A stretch of 51,957 nucleotides of DNA, the filler included, from Circinaria calcarea (Eukaryota): the NCBI GenBank assembly GCA_051942165.1. It is 3 parts of 3 records of this genome, joined end to end, with 100 filler letters (N's around TTAATTAATTAA, not from the genome) between each part and the next. Parts side by side here need not be neighbours in the genome. Positions count along the whole stretch, not along the records: positions 1 to 17,260 come from JAVECS010000278.1; 2 more parts are not named here. One strand, written 5' to 3'. Numbering within the stretch: the stretch's first letter is position 1; the number at the start of each line of letters is the position of its first letter. Below are positions 1-12,913 of the stretch, one piece after another. The notes below the pieces were generated by a model, which was not told the origin of the DNA, made no database searches, and saw nothing but the letters and a program-made list of their open reading frames with translations. The position numbers were made by a program, and so were the translations under genes.

Positions 1-26
1 CCCCCCCTCCTTTGGTTCCTTTCCTT

Positions 27-1679
27 TCAACCCTCCACATCCACCTCCGCCTCCTTCGCCCCCTCCTCAAGCCAACTCCCAAACTTATCCAATCTCTTCC
101 CTTCCTCTTCGTCCTTGTTCGCCCCCTCCACCTCATCCAATTCCATGCCGAGTTTCTTCTCGTTGCTCTTTTTGAACTTTTCCGCGCCCGTGGCGATGGA
201 TGCAAGGACTTGGGTGCCGGCAAAGAAGCGACCGTTCATGACCTAGAGACGTCCAGAGGTGTGAGTGAGCGAGGTTGTGTATGTGGTGGTTGGGATTAGT
301 TGACAGGGAAGGGAGGGGACATGTGGGCGTTTCAAGAAAAAGGCTAGGAGGGCTGATGAGATTCGAGGAGACATACATTGACACACGCTCGTGCGGCTTC
401 GGGATTAGAATATCGCACACTGGCTATACCGTCTGGTTCCTTGTCGTAGAGCACAACGTTTGTGACATCCCCCAGCTTGGTGCATTCCTCCCGAATATCC
501 TCTTTGATGTCGAGAATTGCAGCCGGGTCTTCCTGTAAGTGAGTAGACGATATTAGAGAAGGCGTATCGAATAGGTGCAGGGAAGCAAGGTACTTGCCTC
601 TAACTCAGCCAAGGTAAACATGTGCTTCAGTATTACAACTTTATCCCAGCGTGAGCTTGCCTCTTGGATGGCCGAAGGGTCATCGTCGTCCCAATCGGCT
701 AGTTTACTACATAGCTGGATTAGTCACCGAGGTCAGGAAAATCCAACCTTGGCCACCTACTTATTTAGCTTCTGAGTCTTCTTGATAATCTTCTTCTTAT
801 CCTTCCCACTGCTTTTCGGTAATGGATCTTTTTGGGTCTTGTAGCTAAAGTCTGCCGCCACAACCTTCATCTTTCCACCTGGCGCTGCCTCCCCAAACCT
901 AAAGTCTGTATCATCAAGCATTTGAATAGCCAAATTCACACTCTCGGCGCGAAAGTAAACAATAAGAGCATCCCCTTTGAAGTTTCCTTGGTCGTCGGTG
1001 TAGAGCTTGATCCGGGGTTTGCCTCGATCAATCTCTTCTGCAATGACACCGCATTTGGAAAACACGGATTCAACTTCCTCAACATCGGTGTCAGACGGAA
1101 GGTTGGTAACGTAAATGGCCGTGTTCTTGCGTTCGCGAGGTTCAGGTGTAGGCTTGACTTTTTTGGTTGGAACAAGACGACCACCTTCCTCCTGATCGTT
1201 GTAGTCATCTTAGCACCCGCTACCTTCAACATAGAATATAAGAGGAAATAATCCTTACATCCTCTCCATTGACATAAACCTGCTTCCTCTTCTTCTTCGG
1301 CTGCGGGGCTGGTTCTGTCTCATCGACTCCTTTCACGGCATATGCCTCTCTTTGCTTCTCCAACAACGCATCGTCCAACTGTTATACCAGTACCCACACC
1401 AGGCTTGCAGTCAGAAACCGCCCGCTCGAGCAAGAATTACGATCTGCAAACGACACGGACACCCTCGGGAGTGTAGCGGGGATGAGGGCGTACCACTGGA
1501 ACCCATCTCTTCAGCGCGTCATCATATTCGAATTCTTGTCCATCGTCTAGTTCGAGGATGAATTTATTGACGAGCTTGGAGAAAGACACTCGAGGATCGG
1601 CGTCGAACTCTTCGGGGTTTCGGGGGAAAGACGAGGTGGAAGGTCCAATGGAAGTGAGTGGGTCCTGAAGAGTAGACAT
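27..1679 (-). CDS. uap2: U2AF-associated protein 2 / Tat-SF1 / Cus2-like splicing factor with two RRM/UHM domains
   Basis: Six exons spliced by eye: 1679-1494, 1378-1259, 1191-761, 706-598, 532-377, 242-27. RRM1 reads NTAIYVTNLP...FKGDALIVYF; RRM2/UHM reads KVVILKHMFTLAELEEDPAAILDIKEDIREECTKLG...MNGRFFAG. Intron 4 is GC-AG. Confidence 0.92.
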
Positions 1680-2200
1680 GATTGGATGCAGATACGTGTG
1701 AGACGGTTATCGAGAGGACGGCAAAGCCTGTTTGTGGTTACGATAGATGAGTTGCTTGGATGAAAGCAGCTCCATGAGCTAGAGCTACCGAAGGGTTTGC
1801 AAGAAGTGCAGCTTCTTCCGGTCGGCAACCTTATTTACAGAGTGATGGTCGCGAGAACTGCCTAGAATACAGAATTAGAAATACCAGCTCCAATTCTACA
1901 AGAGTAAACAGTCTAGCGAAATTCCTGTATTGGTTGCAGTATCTCTTGCTACTATTCTAGCGTTAACTGCAATATTATTGCTAGAAAATCTACTATCGAC
2001 TGCAGTTTCTGATGCCACAATGCTCTAGCTCCTTGCGCCCGCATTTTGGGGTATCCGTATCATGTTCCACACACAGCACAGGTTGACATCCACATCTGAT
2101 GACAAGGAAATCCGACCTAAGAGCACATACGCCTTTAAATTTGAGCAAAACCATCCGTCAAGGACTGTTGCACAAGAGAGGAAAGAGTCCAGGGTAGGTC

Positions 2201-3994
2201 TTATGCACGCCCATCAAGGCCTTGCTTCGGAGTCCCGGAATACTCTTTTTCCAACGGATCCATTGGAGAATCGCGGTCCTGGGAGTATTTGGAGTCACTT
2301 TCGCCAAGTGTCTCGCCATTGACAACGTCGCGGGTAAGCTCAACGTAATCGTACTATATGAGGTCAATCAAAGATCTCATCTCACACTTGGAATCCCTAG
2401 AGGGTGGACTTACGGCGAATTCTCCGATTTCGGCCTCATCGATGCCCAAGACTTCAGCCTCTTCACTTGCACGGAGGCTACAGCCAGGTATGAGATTGAT
2501 GAGAAACAGGATAAGGCATGATCCACCGAAGGAATAGGCGAAACCAGAAAATGAGTCTGCCAGTTGATAACCCATTTGGATCCAGTGTCTATTCAACCAA
2601 CCCCCTTCAATGACAGAGAAGCCATCAAGATGGGCTATGTAATCACTGAATAAAGTTAGCTTGCCCGAAACGTGGAGGGTCATCTTGGCGTGGAACGTAC
2701 GCTGCAAAGAATCCGGTCAAGATGTTGCCTACTAGGCCACCGATGGTGTGAACCGCGAAGATGTCCAAAGCATCATCGATGCCAAAGAAAAACTTGAGCT
2801 TTGTCGCATAGTTACAAGCAGCTGCGCCGACAACACCGAAAATCACTGCAGCCCAGGCAGGAACGAAACCAGATCCGGGCGTGATCGCAACGAGACCAGC
2901 GACGACTCCCGAGCAGAATCCCACAGTTGACCACTTCTTTTCGAGCCTGTAGTCAAGGAGACACCAGGTGACACCTCCAGTGGAAGCTGCAAGATTGGTG
3001 ACTACCGCAGCCATGACCGCTCGTATATTGGCACCGAGGGCAGACCCAGCGTTGAAACCGAACCATCCAACCCACAAGAAGACTGTACCAATGACAATGT
3101 GAGTGACGTTATGTGGACGATAGTTGAGCTCATGCGTGCCATGGCCACGTCTCTTGCCGAGCATCAAAGAATAGGCCAGAGCTGCTGAACCCGAAGATAT
3201 GTGCACAGGAGTACCACCTGCAAAATCCAGTCCTCCTAGCCTGTAGACCCATCCATTCGGATTCCATGTCCAGCAAGCAATGGGATCGTAAATAATGGTA
3301 GACCATACCCACATGAAGATAACACAAGGCAGCATGCGTCCACGTTCAGCAACAGCACCGACAGCCAATGCCACGCTGCGATACATGTCAGTCGTTACGT
3401 CCTCGCCACCAAAGCTCACTCAGAAGGTACCTACGTGATGCAGGCAAACATGCCTTGATAAACAGCGTAGAGAAGATCAGGAATCTTTGGGCTGCCAAGT
3501 GAGGGTGCTGCTAGCACGTTACGGAAGCCGATGTTCTCGAGGTTACCAATATAGCTGTGTGCATTGTGGGAGAATGCCAGAGAATAGCCCCAGAAGAACC
3601 ACTGAAAGGAGATGAAGCCAGTCGCCATCATCGACAGCCAAATCAACGACAGTGCCGACTTTCTTCGAGCAAGTCCGGAATAGAAGAAGCTGAGGTGAAG
3701 TCAGCGGTCCGAGTGCACCTTGACGTTGCTGGCGGTACGCTTACCCAACGCCCGGGATCATGAGCAGCACCAGTGCAGTCGCCGTGATGATCCAAGCAAT
3801 GTCGCCAGACTAGAGGTGGCAGATTTCAGTCGGTCTTCACGTAACGGCTTAGCAGGACGGGTACATACCTCGTAAAAGACATTGAGGTCCTCGGTGAGGG
3901 AATTACCGCCAGTCACGCTGCTGCTATTATACGGGACCAGGACGGTATAGTTGAGTGCGCTCAAGTCCGCCGAGGCGGAGGCGGCACCAGACAT
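2201..3994 (-). CDS. meaA: Ammonium transporter (Amt/Mep family), MeaA-like
   Basis: Exons 3994-3869, 3809-3745, 3689-3435, 3375-2701, 2645-2414, 2353-2201. Motifs LMIPGVGFFYSGLARRKSALS, DFAGGTPVH, LWVGWFGFNAGS, GLVAITP and DDALDIFAVH; both pore histidines are present. The subtype call rests on remembered similarity to Aspergillus MeaA. Confidence 0.95.
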
Positions 3995-4373
3995 GATGAA
4001 GACGATGCGGCGGAAGCTTTGTGTGAAAAGAGTGTGTTGGTTGCAGTCGACGTTGTCGTAAAGTAGTATCGTTCACGGTTCTGGAAGATCAAGCGAAACC
4101 TTGACCGACGCTTATGCGACTGACAGGCGAGGAAAGGTGAATGGGTCAAACAAATGGCGCGGGGAGAATGAATGGAGCGGAACCGTCTGCGCTTGAAAGA
4201 ATGGAAGGGAGACGAGTTCTTTATGCCGTTTCGGACAAGCAAGTGGATTGGGTGGACGAGCAAGACGTGAGTGTGGGTCCTGGAAATGCTGTGTATCGGA
4301 GCCTTAACGCGCCATTATTCTTTTCCTCGCCGGGACCGGTAATCTACTGTCACCTCTGCTTCACTGATGTCAG

Positions 4374-4400
4374 TCGTTCACCTCGTTCACCTCGTTCACC
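4374..4400. repeat. Tandem repeat (TCGTTCACC)x3 upstream of the ammonium transporter
   Basis: Three exact 9-nt copies read directly. Confidence 0.9.
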
Positions 4401-4503
4401 TACGCATTCTAAGGCCCGGGCGGACTAGACCAATCAGAATGCTGGATGTCCGCATGCTGCCATGCAATCTTGGCAAAGATATGGAACTGTTACTACGAAA
4501 GGT

Positions 4504-5115
4504 TTATCAACGTGCCGTAGCCCATTCTCCCTGAACATCAATCGACTCCAAAGGGCGGCATCTCCGACGAGAAGCAGTACAGCTACACTCTCAGATCAAC
4601 AGGGACCGAGCCAGGATGGTGAGGGGCATCATGCAGGGCAGTCCCTTCGGTCCCGCGTCCCCAAGTGGGTGCAGGGGATTTCCCCCCCAAACAATGATAG
4701 TCCGACTCGGAGGGTTCCCACCAAAGTCATAGGTGGTCCATGTGGTTGCGTGTTCAAGGTATTTCATGCAGATAGTCTGGGGATGAATGACGCGGGGGAA
4801 AGGCAAATCAGCTTTGGAATCCTGTGCTTTGGTAATTGCCCATGCAGCAGCATTTCTAAAGTGATCAATGAGCAGAGTGGGTTGAGCTCTTGGCTTCCGT
4901 TGCAGTCGTTGTGAACACGCGCATCATGCAATCATTTTCTAGACGGATTTTCTAGCCCAGGAGTTCCAGCAAACGTCACCCATCCCGCGCTAAATAAAAG
5001 TGACACGGTCCAGCTTTCGTTTTTTTCTATTTGAAGCATGCCCCGTAGATACTCGTGATTAGCTTATCAGCATTCAATTTCAAATTTCTCATCCTCCAGA
5101 ATAGAATACAGATAA
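4504..5115. promoter_or_regulatory. Candidate GATA (AreA/NIT2-type HGATAR) sites upstream of the ammonium transporter
   Basis: HGATAR matches at 4504, 4695, 4770, 5064 and 5110. Fungal Mep genes are typically under GATA-factor nitrogen control. Enrichment is mild. Confidence 0.35.
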
Positions 5116-6304
5116 CGTCGCTGATTCCTTTCACAATTACGACGTGGGAATTAGTCATGCTCCGCCTCACGGCTAGACCTTCAAGATTGTCAGAAGTGCT
5201 TCAGATTTAAGGTTGGGAACGGGCCACATGGCTTGGCGGGCTTAGTGAAAGGGGGCTTTCTTTGTGACAAGAGGTGCAGATACGTCCGAGCGCTCTGATT
5301 CGTGTAACCAGCCTTTCTCAAAACGGCCCACGAAAAGAGCCGGACTATTTCCCAGCCTTGCCGCTTTCGATTTCCCCCTTTCAGCATGAGAATGTTCTTC
5401 CGAGGCTTCTGCTATGTCATAGGAAATTGCTCTGCGTGCTACTTACAATCGCGTCGCTGACTTCGGCCGAAAACGAGATTCGATTAATGTTACGAAGAGG
5501 ATATGACGCAATAACCATAGTCGCAAACAATCGCATCTTTTCAACCGTGTGTTGTAACCACATTACCAATCGGTGTTTGCCGGGAGCCGATTTCCACTTC
5601 CTTCCCAGACCCCTTTTTCCATTGGTCTTATTATTGCTTGGTAATGTTGCCGAATTCGCAACTTATTCTTTCAGTTTGGACAGTCAGTCTCGGGTAAATG
5701 GGAGAGCCGTGTTTCCCTGTTATTCATACCACAAAGATCCGAATAACCAACAGTCCCCCCGGGCCAGGTCGAATCACCTTATGCAACGGCCATCCTATAT
5801 ATGGCTCCACAGGCTTAGGTCAAGCGTCTACAACCGCCAATGCCCATAGGATCTGTCAAGGTGTCAAAGCTGCAGTATCTCCGTTGCCCGTCTGCCATGT
5901 CACCGAGCCAAGGGTTGCTTGGATCGGTACGGCGCACAGACTGATTCATGTACCACACGGAGCTGTCCGAGTGCGAGAATACTTGCCTTAATGTGCGTCA
6001 GCTCATCCATGTGTAAGCTGTCTCCGAAATGTGTACGACAATGCTCTGTGAGGGAATGGGAGATCTTCTCTCTTTTGGGACTCGGATACGGTGCGCACGT
6101 GCATTTCCCATTGATCAGATGCTCTTGGGTGTCCAGCTTTGAATGCGGTCTGAACCTGGGTTCTTGACTCTCAGGTCCTTGGATGACTGTAAGCCAACAT
6201 TATTTCAAGGGTATTTTGCATAATAGAGTGGAACAGACCCGTTCTTGCTGCACCTATCATAAATTCAGCAACGGCAAGACGATCTTGTTTGCGGGAAACC
6301 GTTA

Positions 6305-7591
6305 TTACACTGTTTTCGCAGCTCGTAGATTCTTGCGTACATAGACTTGTCGATGTTGACTACAGAAGTTACAGCACATCTTACATATTATTTCCAATCT
6401 CTATAGACGGTACGGCTGCTTGACCATATCTATCTCATGTAACATTCGTCTACCATCTTCCTTCCCATTCCAAATCGCCACCCATCCAATCATAACAAGT
6501 AAGTCCCGTGCTTTACATACTCCCCCAAAATCTAGAAGTCTCGGACCATGTCCTCCCGGCTTCATTATAAGGGTGTGCCGCCCCAGAAAATATAGTTCAC
6601 TCTCAATTATGCCGCACCCATTTCCCAATCTCGTTTCCTTCATCGGTCTTGCCACCAGCTGAAGGTTGTGTGGGTGGGGGCGACCAAGGGTCCGCAGTGT
6701 TTTTGCCTTGGTTGGTAATTCGCTGTTTCGATTGCAAGACTTATAGGATTCCTTTCCCATATACCTTTAATCTGCAGCTGAGTAATAAGTAAGGTAAGTA
6801 ATATGTGTATGCATCATCTCTACCTCGCCACTTTTTTCCTGCAGTAAGCTGTCCAACGTCCGATAGGATGACACAATCATATTCGTCGGATGGCTTCCCA
6901 TGTGTATATAAATATTGACTATACCGATTATCCGCAATACGATAGAGAATGGCGTAAGGTGGGCAGATTTCAGCATGAGGGGTTTTGCTGTAAATTGTAG
7001 TTTCACATCTGACAAATAGAGCATGATACGAGATAGGTCCCGCTGAGACGAAGTTGAGACCCTCCCGCGAAAAGTCTTCAATCTGGTTGCGAGACGTAGG
7101 AGCGTTGGTAGGGACTCCTCCTTATTGCAACAAGGATCGAAAGGAGGGTGGACCAAGGTAATTACTTGAGTGTCCGATTCACATCCTCCCTTTCCGATGT
7201 GGTAGCTACTTTGTAATCGATAAAGCCAGTCGTAGACCTTTCGAACGCAATCCTAATGGTAGGAAAACCCACACAATCCTGTCATGAGCCATGAGCGAAT
7301 ATCAATTTCCGAGACGGAGAGTGTCCCGATTAGTTTCGATTTTAGTCCATCTGGGAGAGTGCGCCTCATTATTCCGTAATGTGGCTCAAGTGGCTAAATT
7401 GGCTCCATGGTCCAGACCAGCACTATTGGATCGTCCACAAAAGAATGGAAATGGCGAACATCTAACATCTTGTAGAGTATTCGGAGGCGTCGTTCAGGTG
7501 GTTGGAGGACACCTCGTACTCGATATTTGACGTGTTTGTCACTACACTCGAGCAGAGCTTTGAACAAGGATCGACTGGACAGAATAGGCGA
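6305..7591 (-). pseudogene. Stop-interrupted long reading frame of unknown family (cryptic gene, pseudogene or chance)
   Basis: ORFs 6767-7156 and 6401-6760 share one frame that extends from 7591 to 6305 (about 429 codons) with four internal stops. First in-frame ATG is at 7468. No domain recognised. Confidence 0.3.
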
Positions 7592-7616
7592 TTACGCGCT
7601 AACCCCATAAGTGACA

Positions 7617-10600
7617 ATGCATCAATCTCCGCGTTCCAGACCGCGAGAAAGAACGACGGAACAAGATCGACTCGATGCTGGACGGATGCCAAAGGTCATG
7701 GAACACCCAGAGCTGGATAGGCATGACTCGGGGGAATCCATTTCCCCCGATGATGATTCTCCTGGTCCCCTGAGCCAAGGTCATGAGCCTAGCTTCGAGG
7801 AAACAAGACAAGCACAGGTACAATTCGCCCCCGGCACGCAAGGAGAGAATCACACCCCTCTATCAGGATATCCGTCGGCTCAACCTCCGTGGAACACGCA
7901 TGGCCAGTTGCGACCGAGAGGAGGAAGTGCAACTAGTTACATCGGGGGTCATGATGGACCCGCAACACCGGTAAATGGGTCTGGGACTCCTCGACCGCAG
8001 AGGCCAACCGGCCCTGCTCGGACACCGTCGAATACATACAATCCACAGCGCAAGCCGCCTCAGTACATCTCCCTACAACCGGGCCGCTCGTCTTCGGGAA
8101 CGCGGACACGGCGGAACCCAGATGCCCAGTATCGGGCTCAGGAAAAGGCCTACATACAGCAACTTCGGCAAGACCGAAACCTTGAATACTTCAATCCCGA
8201 TCCATATACGCCCAGTCTAGTCTATAGCACGGATTCCGAGACAGAGGAAAACTCGCCTTCATCGGATGCTCACTTCGAAACCGATGTGAACGAAGAATCG
8301 CTCTTCTATAATGTTGAGGACATCTTGCCATCTGCGGAAGAGCTACTCCAGCAGCCTGATAAACGGGAACGACTGGAATGGCACTCGATGTTGGCGTCTG
8401 TGCTAAAGGGGGATGTCGTCAAGCAAGAGAAGCAGCGATTGATTGGAACGACGGAGCTCAAGAGTGACAAGGTGTTCAAAGATGAGATCTGGCAGGGTGT
8501 GCGAGCTAGGGTCTGTGGACGTAATATTGCAGCCCAAAAACGATTGATAGAAGAAGGCAGGGCTGGAATCGGCACCGAAATCGAAGCTATCATTGCTTTC
8601 GAAATCAAAGGCGAGACGGAAGCTGGTAAGCGTGCCGAGGATCAGGTCCGTGATATTGTGCTTAAGATCGAACGATGTGAGAGTCTGTATCCCACAAGAG
8701 GTGCGCTTGAAGAAGCCAACCCCCGAGCTGCGTCAGATGCTTTCAAGGCCAGCTGCGATGCTGTGATAGCATGGCACAATACCACAGAGCTCATCAGTAC
8801 CGAGCTTGCTATTCTCCAGGGCTGGGTTGGCAATGGGGAACTAGATTTTGCAATGACGAGACAACGATCGCCTAGTGGAACTGGGCTGAATGATGAGTCT
8901 TCATTCCTCGATCGTATCCTCAAAGAAGACGGATTGAAGTCACTCCAAGGAAATAATAGCATGCTCCTCGGTGTGGCGAAGGTCATTAGCAAGGCGAAAT
9001 TCACCCTCATCGAAAACGCCGAAGCCTTTGCACAGCGACATCTACCGCCCTATATGGAAGAATTGCTAACACTGATCAACTTTCCATCGCGGTTGATCCA
9101 AGAAATTATACGTCTACGACTGCAATATGCCAAAAACATGAAAGACCCAGGCCAGCAAGGACCTATGATGGCCGAACAAATCATCTCCCAATTCCAGATA
9201 TTACTGAAGCTTGCGGTACGGATCAAACAAGATTACATTGACGTCTCACAGCCAGAGCCTGGTTGGGAACTTCCTCCCTGCATCGATGAAAACTTTGACC
9301 TTGTGGTGCTCGATGCACTCAGATTTTATTTCAAAATGCTCAATTCGAAGCTGGTTATAAACAAGAACACCTTCAAAGAAGCTGAGATTCTCGAGTCCGA
9401 ATGGGATTTCTGCAACGAGATAGGCCGGTTTCTGGATGCAGGTGATGTGGAGGTCGCTGAACAGTTTAGTGGTCTTACTGCAAAGTCATTGCAACGACTG
9501 ACGACTCACTTTGAGCGAGAGCTGCAGAGAAGGCCTGAAGAGAATGCTGCCGATATGGACAGGCGCTACAAGCAAATACTTGATTCCGTACGTGTTAGGC
9601 AACGAAAGCTATTTCGATTCTCCAGATTATTAGGTCAACGGTTTGAAAATGCAACGGAATACAATATAAATTTAGGTCCTCGAAAGTTGGAGGAGCTGTA
9701 TGACGCTCTCATCGGCTCGGGACACTTTCTGATCTACACGGGCAACAGAGAACTCGATGGTATCTATCTGATTGCATCTCCAACGTTGTATGACCGGCCA
9801 CGGGAGATCCAATCCATTCTTGGTACCTCCTTCCATGCCGATGATTCCATGGAAGATCCGTCAAATCCATACATCCTTATTGTGAGGCCCGATGTCCCTC
9901 TTGAATGGGAGGGAAAGAAGTTGGACGTACTATTGCGAGTTCCAACAATGGATATTCGACCTGGCAGAATTCGCTTAGTTGCAGATGGCTCGCAACAGCG
10001 GCTGCAGAATGCAAGACTCACTTTCGTTCAATCTACGGGGAAACATCTAGACATCCTCACTGAACTGCGAGCTAACCTTCCAAGGGTAAATCTAGAGTTG
10101 GGAAGGATAAAGAAGACTACATATAAGCTGTCCAATACCATCATGGAGAGTGTTGAGATAATCCGCAAGCAGACCGGAGGTCTGGAGAATCAAGAGCTTA
10201 TCCAGACATGTTTTGCGTTTGCCACAGAATTTGGCAAACGCTCGTTAGGGTATATGGATATGAATCGCCGAATGATGAATAATGAGAAACTTACCAGATT
10301 GGCTCTTGATTGGGTGAGCTTTATCTGCGATGACTGCGTTGCCTCGGACCGGAAGACCTTCAGATGGGCTGTCGTTGCACTCGAATTTGCCATGGTCATG
10401 ACCCATGGACCCAACATCCTCCTTATATCTGACGATGAATTCACCCGACTTCGACTTAAGGTGGCTGGCTGCATGTCATTACTCATTTCGCATTTTGACA
10501 TCATGGGCGCAAGGTCAACATTGGCTGCCCAAGCCGAGAAGCGAAGGATCGAAGCGTTGGCAGGCACGTCGCGCAAGATGGATATTAGCAGATCAAAGAA

Positions 10601-11812
10601 CGATGCTGAAGCCGCGCGATATGTAAGTGAGCAATGGTGCGAGAAGTTGGCCGAGATAGACGAAGCTCGAAAGCAAAAGGAGGCCGAGAGGCAAGCACTC
10701 GGTCGTGTGCTGGAAGATTCGAATGAGGCCGATCGCATACTAACTTACCTCTCCGCGTCTGCGACCAACGTACCACGGCGTTGGCAGCTGGGCCAATTCA
10801 TCGGAGGAGGCACGTTTGGTTCTGTATATGCTGGCATCAATCTCGACTCCGGCTACTTGATGGCCGTCAAGGAAATCCGTCTGCAAGATCCCCATCTTAT
10901 CCCAACAATTGCTGGACAGATCCGCGATGAAATGGGCGTCCTTGAAGTTTTGGATCATCCTAATATCGTGTCTTACTACGGTATTGAAGTACATCGTGAT
11001 AAGGTCTACATCTTTATGGAATATTGCTCTGGCGGCTCTTTGGCCAATCTTCTTGAGCATGGTCGCATCGAAGATGAGACGGTCGTTCAAGTGTACGCTT
11101 TGCAGATGCTCGAAGGTTTGGCATACTTACATGCCAGTGGGATTGTCCACCGGGATATTAAGCCAGAAAGTAAGTGGACAATCTTGCGATAGTCGGGATA
11201 AGTGCATTTGCTAATGCGGTGCTCACTTTAGACATCCTTCTCGACCATGACGGAATCATCAAGTACGTTGACTTTGGAGCCGCTAAAATCATTGCTCGCC
11301 AAGGAAAGACCCTCGCTGCCGATCCGTCCAACACTGGACCTGGTGCCCGCGCACCGGGCAAACAAAAGTCAATGACCGGAACTCCGATGTACATGTCCCC
11401 GGAGGTAATCAAGGGCCAAAACGAAGGTCGACCGGGTGCCATTGACGTTTGGTCCCTGGGTTGCGTAATTCTTGAGATGGTAACCGGGCGACGACCATGG
11501 GCGAGCCTAGACAACGAATGGGCCATCATGTTCAACATCGCTCAAGGTCATCCACCGCAGTTGCCGACGAGGGAGCAGATGTCTCCGGAGGGCATCGAGT
11601 TTTTGAGGTTGTGCTTCTTACGGGATCCTAGTAAGCGAGCAACGGCAACGGAATTGTTGCAGCATGATTGGATCATGAGGATCAGGAACCAGGTTGCGCT
11701 CGGGGGGGAGGGGGAGATCAATACACCCAGCTCGGAGAGCAGCTCGTCGCATAGCTCCCGGCAGAACAGCAGCTCGTTTTCATACGGCGCTGCGCAATGG
11801 GGACAACTATGA
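7617..11812 (+). CDS. SSK2: MAP kinase kinase kinase Ssk2/Wis4/SskB (HOG pathway)
   Basis: Long N-terminal region (ERLEWHSMLASVLKGDVV, LALDWVSFICDDC) plus a C-terminal kinase: GGGTFGSVY, MAVKEI, HRDIKPEN, DFG, GTPMYMSPE. One intron, 11170-11231. The start could instead be the ATG at 7698. Confidence 0.96.
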
Positions 11813-12913
11813 TCGAGGGACACTGATTGCCTCGGGGTGCAAAGAGGCTGAAGGGAGGGTGGTGGAGGGTATTCGACTTCTCCAAACACATCAGAAGGGG
11901 GGGGGGATCATGTGATTCAGCGCGTTTGTTTGATTTTGCTACGCGATACCTATTTGCTGGGACACCGAGCGGTTTTGTATAATGGGCAGGAATACGGACG
12001 GGGCGATGCCAGTAAATGATGGGACGCATCAGCGCAGGCGTTCTCTCGGCTTCTCCCAAACCACGTTGATATCTGTTGTAATCATAGGCTTCTCGCCAGG
12101 GAAGAAATGGCCCTTGGTGTCATGGCAATAACAATTCTTTTTCCAAATTTCCCTGCTTGCTTGTTTTTATTGATGGATTTCCCCAGCAATGTGTCTTCTG
12201 CAGGATCCTACCCTTCACATGCAGTCTTGTCTTCCATTTTTGCTCCCATGATCATCTCATCGTTGTTTTATAACCTGTACCTTTGGATAATCGAAATGCG
12301 CGGAAACCCTCGGGTGTTTTAATCGGACGATTCGAATCTTGGATACTTTCTCTTGGCAAACCCTAAAATAGTAGTCCCACATGATGCCTGCAGATGGAGG
12401 GGAGGGGGTTTTAGAACCCCTGCCAAGTGCCTTTTGTACCTGCAGCCGCCCGAAGTGCGCCAGGACGGTTCAGCGGGTGTGAGAGGTTATTTTGATAGGA
12501 AGGAGATGGGGAATGGGGAAAAGGCGGATTAATAGCTTTCCTGCTGCCTGCTCAATCTTCAAGCACTTATAACTATTCCAATCATGCCACACACAAAACT
12601 CTGTAGCCAATGTTTGCTCAAGCTGCGCCGCCTGCATTGGTTCACAGTTGTTGCTGCGCGCTAGCATAGTGCAGCCCCATCTCTCCCCGTCGCCACCTTT
12701 CCTCTTCAGATCTTGAAAGATCCTCAACCAGGGGCCTTGGGCAAATTGCTCCGAGCTTGACTTTTTACCATTGACGCCAAAACGGAACGCCCAATTGTTC
12801 TTCACGACGGAAAAGGTCAAGCAAGATCTGAGGAAGGTTGCCGCCGACATAGGTCGCTACCGTATCCGGGCAACATGGCATTCGCGATCCATTGTCTCAG
12901 CTGATCGTGCACC

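Noticed and set aside
4141..4914. Two plus-strand ORFs in one frame separated by a single TAG (258 codons)
   Set aside because: Lies in the ammonium-transporter promoter, has a random-looking translation, and is plausible by chance. It shows that stop-poor frames can arise without being genes.
5640..5900. Minus-frame text that looks WD40-like if stops are read as Trp
   Set aside because: About eight stops in about 85 codons, above random density; likely pattern over-reading.
5268..6167. Plus-strand frame of about 300 codons with one TAG
   Set aside because: Cys/Arg/Ser-rich random-like composition, no motif and no early ATG. Not supportable without RNA data.
7371..7450. GTGGCTCAAGTGGCTAA resembling a tRNA D-arm
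   Set aside because: No T-loop GTTCRA and no cloverleaf.
8306..11889. Numerous antisense ORFs within SSK2 (likewise within the S41, acyltransferase and cyt-4 genes)
   Set aside because: Shadow ORFs of real coding strands.
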